64,000 bases of DNA from Piromyces finnis finn (taxonomy: Eukaryota; Fungi; Neocallimastigomycota). Within the stretch, counting starts at the first letter, position 1; each line of letters begins with the position of its first letter. The translations under genes were made by a program, and so were the position numbers. This document shows, one piece after another, positions 10,706-24,210 of this stretch. Location: NCBI GenBank assembly GCA_002104945.1, contig MCFH01000057.1, positions 284,584-348,583 of the forward strand, given 5' to 3'. The notes below the pieces were generated by a model. That model had not been told where the DNA came from. It saw only the letters and a list, made by a program, of their open reading frames with translations, and did not search any database.

Positions 10706-13700
10706 GTTATAATTATAACTTTTTAACATCATCTTTTTCTTTAAAATTAAAGATTTGTTCAAATATAAAACTTTTTTATACTAAAATTCAACATAGTAAT
10801 ACTATCATTTTCAAAAATACTATTTTTACTTTTTCATTCTATTCCATAATTAAAAAAAATAATAGAATAATTATTTATTTAATCTTTTGTTTTTTCCTTA
10901 TATCTAGAAATGTGAATTTCTATAATATTTAAAATTATCCTTTTTTTTTAGTTCATTACCTTTATTATTTTAAACGTTTTTGTATTAAAGTAATTGCTTT
11001 TAACTATTTATTATAATAATTATATTTAATAGTTTCTTTATTCTACCAGAATAGTATTATTATTAATACTAGATATACAAATTCTTCATAGAATTAGTTA
11101 TGAATAGAATTATGTTTTTTTTATATGATCTGACTCTAAATTAAATCTAGAAAATTGTTTTACAATACTTTTTCTTTCTTTTATATTATTTATTAGGAAA
11201 AGGTGCAAGATAAATTCTTTTATATTTAAAATGATCATTTTTCCTACTCTCATTTCTTTTCTTTCAACCTTTTTCTTTTTATTCCACTTTTTTTTTAAAA
11301 ATTCACTTTATTATAATTAAAATTTGAAAATTTTTAAAAATAAAAAAAAAATTAATTTTAAAATTTTAAAAAATAAAAATATATTAAAATGATAGTTTTA
11401 TTTAAATTTCCATATATTATAATATACTGTTAATATAAGTAAATTCTATGCATTTTAATTAGTTTTTATTATCATATATAGTGGAATTTACATAAATATA
11501 TCATACAAATAATACTTTATGACTATAATAATATCTATGTAAATATTACATTTATTTATGTAAATCAATATTCAAAGGCATGATTAATTCTTTAAACCTA
11601 TCTATTATGAACGGTAAAATAAAAGTTACTTAAGCATCCATTATTGAATTTGATATATCTTTATTTATGAACAATTAAAAAAAAAAGTTATCATCATTTA
11701 TAATATTCTATAATATTCTAAATTCTTAGTAGGAACAGGTCTTATAATTATTAATATAAGCCACATTAAAATAATAATGATTAAAGCCACATTAGAATAC
11801 AAATGAATAAAAAAGAATTAAGAATGAAATAAAGTTATTAAATTTTATATTAATAATATATTTGACATATTTTTTTTAATATATTTTAAATAAGCCAATT
11901 TAATTAAATATTAATTAATTAATTTATATACTATTACTATTAAATAAATAAGTAGATGAATAATTAATTAACTAAATAAAATGTTAAAAAAAAGACTAAT
12001 AAACAAAGGAAATCTTTATTTAATTAGTGAATGAATAAATAAATAAATTATTGATAATAATCAAATAAATAGATAAATACAAAATAAATATACTATTAAA
12101 ATAAGGTAATGCAGCATGCAACATGCAATATGTACCAACATCAAGCAAGGTCATAAGTTTTCGTACAATGTATGAAAAATCAATAATTAATATTTGGTCC
12201 CTTAGTAATATACTGTTGAAATTGTTAATATAAACCAAAATGAAATCCATATTGAATTCTTTAGATACAAGTTCTACTATCAAATTTTCTTTAAAATATA
12301 GACCCACTGAAAGCATCATCCGTAAAGCAAGAGCCTTTTTCAAAGAAAAAGACAACTTGAAATAATATATTATTAATGTATTATCTATATAATAATATTA
12401 TTAAATAAATTAATTGATAATATATTTATTTATTAAAATTGAATTATAAATCAATTTTATTAAGGTTTGAAAATTTATTTGATATTGGAGATATTATTTT
12501 AATTAATTTTATTTCAAAAAAAGTAATGACTCTATTTTAATATAATTATTATATATTGTAATAATATATATAATATATATTTTAATTTTAAAATAATATA
12601 AATTATTGTTTCAATTTTTATTACTTTTCATTTAACCATATATTTAAAATATATTAATTATAAACTTTAAAATTTTAAACAAAAAACGCTTCTTTAAACA
12701 TTCTTTCCTTATTTGGAAGTTATCGACTGAATGAACTTTAATTAAAAATATATATTATGACTATAGTGTAATATATTAGTCATTATTTTTTGGTTCATAA
12801 AATATTTTTAGTAATAAATAAACTATAGTTTATAATATAGTATAGTATACTCATATATTATATAAAAAGATACTGTAGTAGTCTTATAAAAAAAGGTAGG
12901 TGGGTGGGTGGGTGTTAGTATCAATGCTAGTGAAACTGGTAGTAATAACTTGATATAACATGTAAAGATGTAATAAATGAATGATTTTAAAACAAAGATT
13001 CTATTGATAATAGCCATAATATCACGTCCTTTGACCATATTTTTTGGCATTATTTCTCAGCCAAAATTTTAATTATAAATAATAATTAAAATTGAATTAA
13101 TTAAATTAAATTATATGAATTATATTGAAAAGAATGTTTATTATATTATTGAAATGTATTTGTAATATATTGATTGTGTATGATTAATTAGAATATATTT
13201 TTGATTTAATTTGATTATATTGTAATATATGTATAATATGATTTATGAAATTTCCTAACTAAAAAAGAAAATAAACAAATAAAATAGCCTATATCCTCCT
13301 GGAGTAGTGGTAAAAAAAAGTAGGCATAATAAATTTAAAAAAGTGTCAATGATACTTTATAATAAAAAAAAAAAAAACATTTCTGCATAAAACAGTGAAA
13401 GCATAGAATGGAAAGAGACCTTTTATATTGTTATTTTATACATAAAACATACTAATTTTTTAATTATTTCATTCCATCGATTAAATATTTTTTTTATTTA
13501 TTAATTTTATTAATTAGTATTAATTTAATTATTCTTTTTTTTTGTATTACAATTTTTTAATATTATTTATTATTAAATTTTAAAATAAAAAAAATAAAAT
13601 TTTATTTTTTATAAAAACTGGTCTTTTTCATTTTTTTAAAAGTTATTTAGGTATAGGATTAATACTTTTTTTACATTATATTTTGTTGTTATTATTATTG

Positions 13701-14943
13701 TTATTATAAATAATTAAATGAATTGTAAATAGAAAACTAAAAAAAAAAAAAAAACTTTTTAAAAGTAGAATAATAATAATAATAATAATAAAATAAATAT
13801 ATTTATAATATTAATATACCTAAAAAGTTTGTTTTTTAAGCCAAATAAAAAACGAATAACTCTCTATGTTTGTTTGTATATAGCATTATTAAAAGGTAAA
13901 CCTCTAAATATTTATTAAACTTTACTGAGTGAGAAATATACAAATACAAATGCAAGGGAATTTACAAAATAAAAAAATATATAGATAAAGATAATTGAAA
14001 ATTTAAAATAAACAAAAATGTAAAAATGGCAATTTAAAATTATTATAAACAATAATCAAAGTAATTTTCAGAAAAAAAAAAAAAAAAAAAAGAATTATGA
14101 AAATAGGAATGAAAAGATAACCTAATGAAAATAGTAAAAAAGTTTTAAAATACACAACAAATAAAGAATGAAAAATTGTTATTTAAAAGGATAATAACAT
14201 GTTCATTCATACAATTGTTCTTAATTCAAAATAGGCAAATAAAATACAAATACGAATTTTTAATAAAAAAAACTATAATAGGATAAGCAATTTGCTCTTT
14301 CTTTCTTTCTACAAATATATATATATTATAATAATAGTTATTACAACAAATAAATAATAAATAATTTTTTATAATTTCATTTATTTATTTATTTATTTCA
14401 ACTAACACCACCGCCATTATTCAACTATAAAATCATTTTGTTTTTTCAATTAAAATTAATTCGTTAAACACATTATTCTACTTTTAGACATATTGATATA
14501 TTTATTTTTAATTTTAAACTAAAAATTATCAACTAACTCATACTATTTTTTTGTATATATATTCTATCTGTATTTGTATATATTTCTTAAATAAATAATA
14601 ATAAATAAATTAAATTTTCACATTCATAAAAAAACCAATTCTGGATAAATTTTAAAACCAATAATTAAATTTAAAATTTGATATTCATTATATATTCTAC
14701 TATCTCTATCTATGTTTTAAAAGTATCGAAATCATTTTAATTAATTTAAGAAAAAAAAAAAATAGTTTTATAATAATAAAAAAGAAAGAGACATAAAACC
14801 AAACTTATACAAATTATAAACAAAAAAAAACAATATTATCTTTAATTTTTTTTAAAAGAAAAAGAGTTTTATCTATTTTACCTTTATAAAACTTCTTTAT
14901 TCGCATTTTTTTTATTTACATAATTTTTTTTAAAGTATACATA

Positions 14944-17900
14944 ATGTTAACAACTTCTTTGAATAATAACGTTTCTTCTTCAAATCAAACCAATTCAAAA
15001 GAAAGAGATAATAAAATGAAAAATAATAAAAGTAAAAATAATATGATAGTTGATAGCAAAGATAATGATGTTTCAATGAAAAATGCCAATTTAACAACTG
15101 ATAATTCTAATGAATCAAAGTCTGGCAAAAAAAATAAGGATGCTTCACATTTTTACAACCGTGATAATAGTAACAAAGGTTATAAAAGTAACTATCGTAA
15201 TAATCAAAACAAACTTAATCACAGAAATAGTCACAGCTCTATGACTTCAGATTTTTCTAATAATAATAATAATGGTCGTTTTCATAATAACAGTAGTCGA
15301 GGAGGAAATAAAAAAAGTAAACAAAATTATAATAATTCGGGAAATAATACTAACCCTACTACTAATAATAAAAAGTCTGTAAAAGAAATTAAAGATATTC
15401 AAAAAAAATTAAATAAAAAATTATCAAAGGAAAATACCACTGTGCCACCTTCAACAAATGACAATAACATTGTAATGGATGAAAATAAAGTTCCCTTAAC
15501 CCTTGATAATTTCGATCCAACTATTTTAAAAAGTAATGATGATACTGATCCATTTATTAATACTGAGCCAACTAATCTAACTGAAACAGAAAAAACAGAA
15601 AATGAAGATGTAGAAATGAATACAGAAGAATCTGATTTCCTTAACGGTTTTTCATCTGATAAAATAGAAAATGCAGGGTAAGTATTTTATGATTATAATG
15701 AAAAAATATATATATAAATGAATAATTTCACCACATCAGTTTATATATAAATGGGAGATATAATCTTGCTAATTTATGAATTAATCAAAAATAACAAATA
15801 GTCAATAAGAGTCAATAAAAATATATAGCAAAAATATGGACAATACCATAGTTGTTTTTACGATACTTTAACATCAATTCATCACTTGTATTCTTCAATT
15901 TTTTTTTTTTTATTTATTATTATTATTTCAAAAAAGTGCAAACAAAAGGCGAAAAGAATCATTTGATTAATTCTATAAATTAGTTATAAAAATTTAATAA
16001 AAACGATATATTAATTTAAATCATTCATATATTGCAATATAATATTTCTAATAATTTAATTTATGTATTTATTTATTAATATAGTAAAATATTTATTGGT
16101 GGTTTGACTTATGAAACAACAGATGGTAAGTCTTTTTTATTTTATAACTAAAATAATAATAATTGTCTATTTTATTATTAAAAAAAAAAAAAAAAAAAAA
16201 ACACCCTACAAAAAATGATCAAAAGCGTAGTAAATTAACCTTTTATGTAAAATTAACAATGAAAAAAAAACCCAAATTTTAAATTTTTAAAGTTTTATTT
16301 TATATCATTTTAACATTGTACCAAAAAAAAAATTCAAATTTTGAAACCTTAAAAATTATGAAAAAGACTATTAAAGTTATTAAAAATAAAAATTTTTTAA
16401 TTTAAATTGATGGTTAGGTGATACAAAACCACAGTAAAAAATTTAATAATAAAATTAAGGATAGAAAAAAAAAAAAGGAAAAAAAGGTTGGATGAAAAGG
16501 AAAAAAAAAAAATAAAAATAAAAATAAAAAAAAATATATAAAAAATATGGTGTTTTTCATTAATGGAATAATAGATAATAATGCAATAGTTTTAATAGAA
16601 ATAGGATTGAAATAAATAATCAATATGATTTATATAATAACATTTATTTTTGTTTTTTACATAAATATTATACATATTATATTATATATAATATCCTTTA
16701 ATTATTATAATAGAAAAACTTAGAGAACATTTTGAACAATTTGGTAAAATTACTGAATGTACGGTTATGAAAGATAATAGTGGTTGTTCAAGAGGCTTTG
16801 GTTTCATTACTTATGAAAATCCAGAAGTTTTAGATAAAGTTTTAGAAATGAATCATATTTTGGACGGGAAAACAGTAAATATTATTTAATAAGAAATAAA
16901 TATATACACTCTATTAAAGAATAAATTAACTCCTCATATATTTATTAAAAAATAATGATTATAATTATTATTTATATATTATTTATAAATGTTTTAAAGA
17001 TTGATCCAAAAAGAGCTATTCCAAGAGATAGACAAGATAAAACTGAAAAAATTTTTGTTGGTGGTATTCATCCAGATGTCACTGAAGCTGAATTTAAAGC
17101 TGCATTTGATTCTTTCGGTAAAGTAATTGATGCTACTTTAATTACTGCAAAGGATACTGGTAAATCTCGTTGTTTCGGTTTCATCACTTATGAAGATGGT
17201 CGAGGAGTTGAAATCGCTTATGCTAATCGTCATAACATTGTATTAAACGGAAAAAAGGTAACAATGTTAAAACAATAAAACATAGTAATAAAAAAAAAAT
17301 AGTATTAAGATTTAAAAATTGCTAAAGTAACAACAACAAGAATTATAATAATTAACAATAATAATTAAAAATATTTAATCAACACTTTTTATTAGGTTGA
17401 AGTTAAATATGCTGCATCTAAACCAAAACTTGTTGGAAATGCATTAAATCCAATGATGATTGGAATCAATAGTATGAATATGAGAATACCAATGGGTATT
17501 CCAATGGGTATGGGTGTTATTAATATGCCACCACAACCACCACGCATGCCTCCAATGAAGTTTTCAAAATCTAGTTCTTCTTCTCCAAAGGGTAAACAAG
17601 CTCAAAAATATTATCAACAAAATATACGTTCCGGTCAGGTTGGTCCAATTCGTAATCAACATAATCATGCTTATCCTCAAGATTTCCAATACTCTCATTA
17701 CAACTTAAATATGAATATGTATACCACTTATAATTATAATCCATATAATAGTACAGGTTACATAGGTTATGATTATGATAATTATAATATGCCACCTATG
17801 CCTAGCTATGTTAATCCACAACCTTATCCACCAAATGGTAATACTACTTATCCACCTAGTTATGTTAATCGAAATGTAAGCCATTATTCTCAAGGTCATT

Positions 17901-18322
17901 CCTACGACAGTAATGGAAATAATAATCGTAGTAACAGCGGAGTAAATTCATCTAATTATTATCGTAGTGGTAGTCATATCAGTTCAAATGATACTAATAA
18001 TTCATCATTTAATTCAGCCATTGCAAATGATAATAATGAGAATATAAATTCAAACTATAATGTCTATAATGGCTACAATATGAATATTTATCCACAAAAT
18101 AATTATGCTTCCTTTAATGGACCCCAAATTTCTCGTATGAATTCAACTAGTAGTTCTTCTTCTTCTACCAGTGGTAATATGAATCATCATCATCATCATA
18201 ATGGTAATAATCGTAATTCTAATGGTAGTATGAATGATGATAATGATGAAATAAATAATCCTTCTATATATATGAGTGTTAGTCCTAGAAATAATCATGG
18301 TTATCATCCATACTCTCGCTAA
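14944..18322 (+). CDS. Two-RRM RNA-binding protein (Hrp1/Musashi/hnRNP A-D family) with Asn-rich N-terminus and N/Y/P/S-rich low-complexity C-terminus
   Basis: Exons 14944-15677, 16085-16125, 16714-16874, 17000-17257, 17396-18322 splice in frame. RRM1 reads [24 protein letters not shown]...RGFGFITY; RRM2 reads KIFVGGIHPDVTEAEFKAAFDSFG...RCFGFITY; the DPKRAIPR linker is typical of this family. Confidence 0.9.
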
Positions 18323-18784
18323 ATAAATAAATAATAATAGTAATGAAATAAAGTGATTGTTGTAAGATCCATTCATACTTTTTACACAAAAAAAAAAAAA
18401 AAAAAAAAAAAAAAAAGCAATATAATCTATTTGATATTATCAAAAAAAAACATTCCTAATCTTTTTTTTCGATTATATATATATATATATATATATATTA
18501 AATCATTACAACAATTATTCATATTATTCATCATTTCAATAGCATGATTTAATTCAAAAAAAAAAAAAAAATTCTTTATAATTTTTAATTTTAATGTTTT
18601 CTCTTTTTTTTTTTTTTTCTTGTTCCACTTTTATATTATTTTTTTTCTTAATTTTTATAAATAATAAAAAATAAAAGTCTTTTAAAAAAAAAAAAATTGT
18701 ACTTTTTCTAATTCCCCTTCCTAAGAATTATTCAAGATAAAATTGAAATTTTCCAACCTGTTAATTTATTTACTTATATTTATA

Positions 18785-18815
<31 letters not shown>

Positions 18816-18885
18816 GTATAGGATAGTGATTTTTTTCACTTTTAGTTTATTTATTTGTTTATTAGTTACTTAATCATCATTATAC

Positions 18886-18933
<48 letters not shown>

Positions 18934-19166
18934 GTTTATGTTTATGTTTATGTTTATTATTATATTTTATTATTTTATTATAAAGTTATGAGATGAATTG
19001 AAAATGGATTATTCTTCTTTTAAACTTTTTTTTTTTTTTTTCCATCCCCATTGAAAAATTTATTATGGAACACTCGAGAAAGAATAAATGAATGAATGAA
19101 TAGATTAAGCTTTTCAGTTAACCTAAATGCAATGAATACTATCAAAAAAGGAATAGGAATAATAAA

Positions 19167-19203
<37 letters not shown>

Positions 19204-19772
19204 CTCAAATAATTGTTTATACATGATTCAATTAAAATAAAAATATAAAACAATTTTTTTTTTTTTTTAATTTTTTTTATTTATTTTATTAATTTTGTTT
19301 TTGGTTTTCTTTGACTATAAATGTTTGGTTTTTAATTATTTTTTTTTTTTTTTTTTTTTTTTGGTTTTTTTTTTTTTTTTTTTCGTCTATGATTTTCTTT
19401 TTTATTACTTTTATTTTTTATTTTATTTTATATAAAAGAATATATAAATTTTATAGGAAATTAAAAAAAAAATAAAATAAAATAAAATAAAAATTAAGAA
19501 TGAAGGAGAAAAAAAAAAAAAAAAAAAAAAAAAAAAGAAATTAAAAAAAAATTATATATTTATATTTATATATATATAAATACATATATAAATAAAAAAT
19601 AAAAAAAGTTTCTAATTTAATATTATTTACTCTGTGTTTTGTATTATTTTTAATTTTCGTCGTTATTGTTGTTGCTGTTTCGTTTTTGTTGGTTTTAAAT
19701 TTTGCTTTATTTTATTTTTTTCTGATAAATTTTTCTTTTTTTTTTTTTTTTTTTTGTATTATTTCTTGTTTT

Positions 19773-19808
<36 letters not shown>

Positions 19809-19884
19809 GGTATGAATAAGGTTCGATTTCTTTTTTTTTTTTTTTTTACTTTGGTATGAGTAAGATTCGATTTCTTTTTTTTTT

Positions 19885-21874
19885 TTACTTCTTTCCTTCT
19901 ATGGTATTTACTAACCAATCCATACCTTCAGTAAGACCTTCACCTGTTACAGCAGAACATTTAAAAATAGTCCAAGTACGTTCCTTTAATAAAGAAAGAC
20001 CAAGAGCATTAGAAACATCCATAACAGACATAGCTCCTTCCATATCTTGTTTATTAGCAAATACTAAAAGAGCTGCATCTTTTAATTCTTCTTCATCTAA
20101 CATAGCTAATAATTCTTCCTTACTAGTTGCTATACGATCCTTATCTACAGAATCTACTACATATATAATAGCATCGGTATTGGTATAGTAACAACGCCAG
20201 TATGGTCTAATAGAAGTTTGACCTCCTAAATCCCAAACTTGGAATTTTATATTTTTATAATTAACAGTTTCAACATTAAAACCAATGGTTGGAATGGTAG
20301 TGACAACTTCACCAATTTGAAGACGGTATAATATAGTGGTTTTACCAGCACCTTTTTTTTTTTTTTTTTTTTTTTACCGAAAAATAGAATTTATTAGAAT
20401 AAAAAAAAAAATGAAATTAAAGAATATATAATGGAGAAAGATAATAATAAATGAATAATAATAGTATATTAATAACATTATATTAAGAAATAGTATATAT
20501 ATTTAAAATTGTTAGAAATAAAATAGAAATAGATAAATAAATAGAATGATTAAATTTATTGATAAATTTATACTTTTATAAAAATAAAAATATATGGAAA
20601 AAAAAAAAGTCATCTTTTAAATGTGATGATTTCAAATGTTATGTCTTTTGTTATCGGTAAAAGTTTTATTATTGATTCATCTATGTAATATTAAAAATTA
20701 TTTTTTGAATAAAATTTCACTTTTAAATGGCATTAACTAATTTTAATATATTGTTTGTCTGTTGGTTGATTTGTTTTTCAATCGTAATTGCTTTTATATA
20801 AATAATGATTTTAGTTTTATATATAATTAATAAATAACTAAAATTATTCCATAATATAAAAATAATGATAAACAGTTGATAATATAAAATTTCTTCGATA
20901 CATTATACAAAAGGTTTTAGTTAAGTTTTGTTAACTTGTTTTTTTTTTTTTGTTTTTTTTTTTTAATATTTAACTGTATTGTACTAATGTATGTTGATGT
21001 TGTAGTTGTTTTGCTTTTAGTCATATGCAATGTTTATATATACAACATTTATTGGTAATATTTTATTAATATTATATTATATAATATTTTGATACTTTGT
21101 TTAAACTATTATGGAAAGAAAGTAATAATAAATTAATTCATTTTGTAAAGTATGCATTTCTCTATTGACATTGGAATTAAGTTTATTTCTATTAAATTTT
21201 AAAAAATATATCATTTCTGCTTTTATTAAAGGAATATCTATACACGTGTGTATATATTTATTTATATATAATTCAAAATAAATATAAATTTACTGTATAT
21301 GTATCTTTTTATGAATTAAATTAATTGCAAATTATACATTGAAATTAATTTATATAGGTTTTATTATCGTTGTTATCAGAATAAAAAAATATTTAATTGT
21401 TTATTTTATATTTAGTCGCATTATCCAGATTACTTATTAGTATTGAAATTGAACCATTTTAATTGTATTATATAAACAATAATATAAACATAAATCATTT
21501 AATTTTGATTTATTTATTTACTTTAAACAAATTAATAAGTAAATCTTGAATTTCCATTAATTTTACATTTAAAAAGCAATGCCTTTTAATTATATTTAAA
21601 AAAATTATGCTTGAAATATTTGAAATAGATTTAAGATAGATTTTATTATAAATAAACAACAATGTTTATGGTATTTCCATCTTTGCGAAATTTTTATGTA
21701 TATTGATAAATTGTAATATTATTTTTAACTATTTAGTTTTTGTTGTACTGTTGTTTGTTATTGTTGGGTTAATTATTATACATTTGAATTTAAAATGATA
21801 ACCTTTTTTTTTTCCATAATTTTAAAATGTTTTATAAATATTATAAATTATATATATTATATATTATATAAAAA

Positions 21875-21907
<33 letters not shown>

Positions 21908-22018
21908 TTTTCTTTTATTTCATTTCACAAGGTATTTACCATCTAAACCTAAAATTAATATTCTAACCTCCTTTGATCCCCAAAGGCGGCTTAATAAGGA
22001 TGAAAACATTTGACCCAT
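19885..22018 (-). CDS. ARL1: ADP-ribosylation factor-like GTPase 1
   Basis: Exon 1 at 22018-21940 ([27 protein letters not shown]). Intron 21939-20352 (1588 bp). Exon 2 at 20351-19885 ([27 protein letters not shown]...[17 protein letters not shown]...FANKQD...CSA). LGLDGAGKT and QTSIRPYW are characteristic of Arl1. Confidence 0.93.
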
Positions 22019-22301
22019 GTTTATAATATATTATATTGTTTATATTAATTATTTATTTATTTTTTTTTTTTTTACTAAAATAGAAAAAAGTTGATTGAAT
22101 AATATTTGGAAATGGATAAAAGATTTTAAATAATATAATGTAGTATATATTAGAAGTGAACATAATAAATTTATTATTAGTGGAGAGTTAATATATGATA
22201 TAAAATATATAAAAAAAGAGAAAAAATATATTAGTTAGATGCGGAAAAAAAAAAAAAAAGTAATAAATATAGAATAAATAAAAGTTATTATTTATAATGT
22301 G

Positions 22302-22350
<49 letters not shown>

Positions 22351-24210
22351 TTTTATTTCTTGATTTCATTTCATTTATTTGTTCGTTTATTTATTGAAAA
22401 TGGGTTATTCTAATTTGTTTTATTTTTATTATTTTGTATTGTTGTTGATATACATTTATAATTAAATTATTCTTTTCCTCTTTATATATATATATGTATA
22501 ATTTCCGAGTATTAGTTATATGATGTACAATGATTTACATAATTAATATGGTGTATATAACATGAATATAGTTTTTTAAAGATGTTTACTTTTTTATTTA
22601 TAATATAATAGACGAGATATTTTTATTCAATTGTTATTTGACATAGAAAATTTGATATTCATTAAAGTTATACAACTTATATATTTACTCTTATATAATT
22701 TCGGATAAAAATTATTCTTCTATTTATGATTGTACCGAAAAAAATAATCTTTTTTTTTATTTATTTATTTATTTATTTTATATAATTACAATTATACAGT
22801 CCATTCTATAACATATAAACATAACAATTATAAATTTTCAATCTCTCTTTTTTTACTATTACTATTATTGTTATTTGCCTCTTATTATTTTTCAATATAT
22901 AATTGTTATTAGTATTTCTTTTTTTTCTTTACCTTTGTTTCTCTATAAAGCTTTTAAATAAAAATAAATATAATAAGAATTAAATTAAGTTTTTATTTTT
23001 TTAAATTAAGAAAAATAAAAATTTTTTTCTTCTTTGGAAATCTTTTTTTTTTTTTTTTTGATTTAAATAATTTATATTAATAATTTTTTAATATATAATT
23101 AAATATATTAAAAAAAAAAAAGATTTATTTTTATAATTGAAAAAGTAAACTTTTTATCAAAAAAAATATAAAGGTGGAACTGTAATAAAACAAGAAGAAA
23201 TGTATAGAACAAATATAAAGAAAAGGCATTAATAATAAAAAGTAATTTTTTTATTCATTTAATGTAATAATGATAAAGTAATCCATTGACAAAAGTAACA
23301 TCATCGTTAGATTGATTTATTTAATTTATTAATAATACATTCATTCATATAATTATAATAATTTATCTAATATAATATTTTTTATTCATTAACATCATAA
23401 TATTAATTTATTTAGTATAATAACAATGTATTTATTGATATAATTATAGTAATTTATTTAATAAATATATATTTATTCATTAATTTAATTATAAATATCT
23501 TCATTCTTAAAAATAGTTCATCCTTATAATTTATTAATAATAATTATCCATCCAAATTTTTACATTTATTGATTTAATATTACAAATATATTAATAATAT
23601 ATTATAAATATATTAAATAATTTATTTATATAATTGATTTTATGGTTCATGTATACATAATGTATCAATATTGTATACAATGGAAAAGGAAAAAGTGGTA
23701 AACATGTTAAAACGAAAAAAAACATGATTAATATGCCATTTAAGCTACACCTTTAAATATGAAAAAAAGAAAAAAAAGTAATAAATATAGAGAATAAACG
23801 AAAATTATTATTTATAACTTTTTTTTTAAACTTTTTTTTATTTCTTGATTTCATTTATTTGTTCATTTATTTCGGTTTTTATTATTTATTATTTATTTTT
23901 AAAGAAAGCTCTTATTTGGTATGAATAAAATTAAATGAATAAGAAGAGGTGGAAAAAATATATATATATATTAAAAAGAAATAATTTTATATCTACAACA
24001 GTTTTATTTTTATTTTAATCTAGTGTTCTTTATAAAAAAAAAAATAAAATAAAATAAAATAAAATAAATATCTTATGGAAAGAAAATTTTGAAGAAGAAA
24101 AAAAAAGGATGGAGTTATTATATACTTATCAATAATAATTTTATGATAAACTGTAAATTATTATTTATATTACTACGTAATCTAATATGGGAAAAAAAAA
24201 AAATTTTTTT

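Noticed and set aside
12823-13050. 75-aa minus-strand ORF
   Set aside because: No recognisable domain or splice partner, and it runs through simple repeats.
20352-21939. Intronic snoRNA in the unusually long ARL1 intron
   Set aside because: No properly spaced C/D or H/ACA box pair could be found by eye on the transcribed strand.
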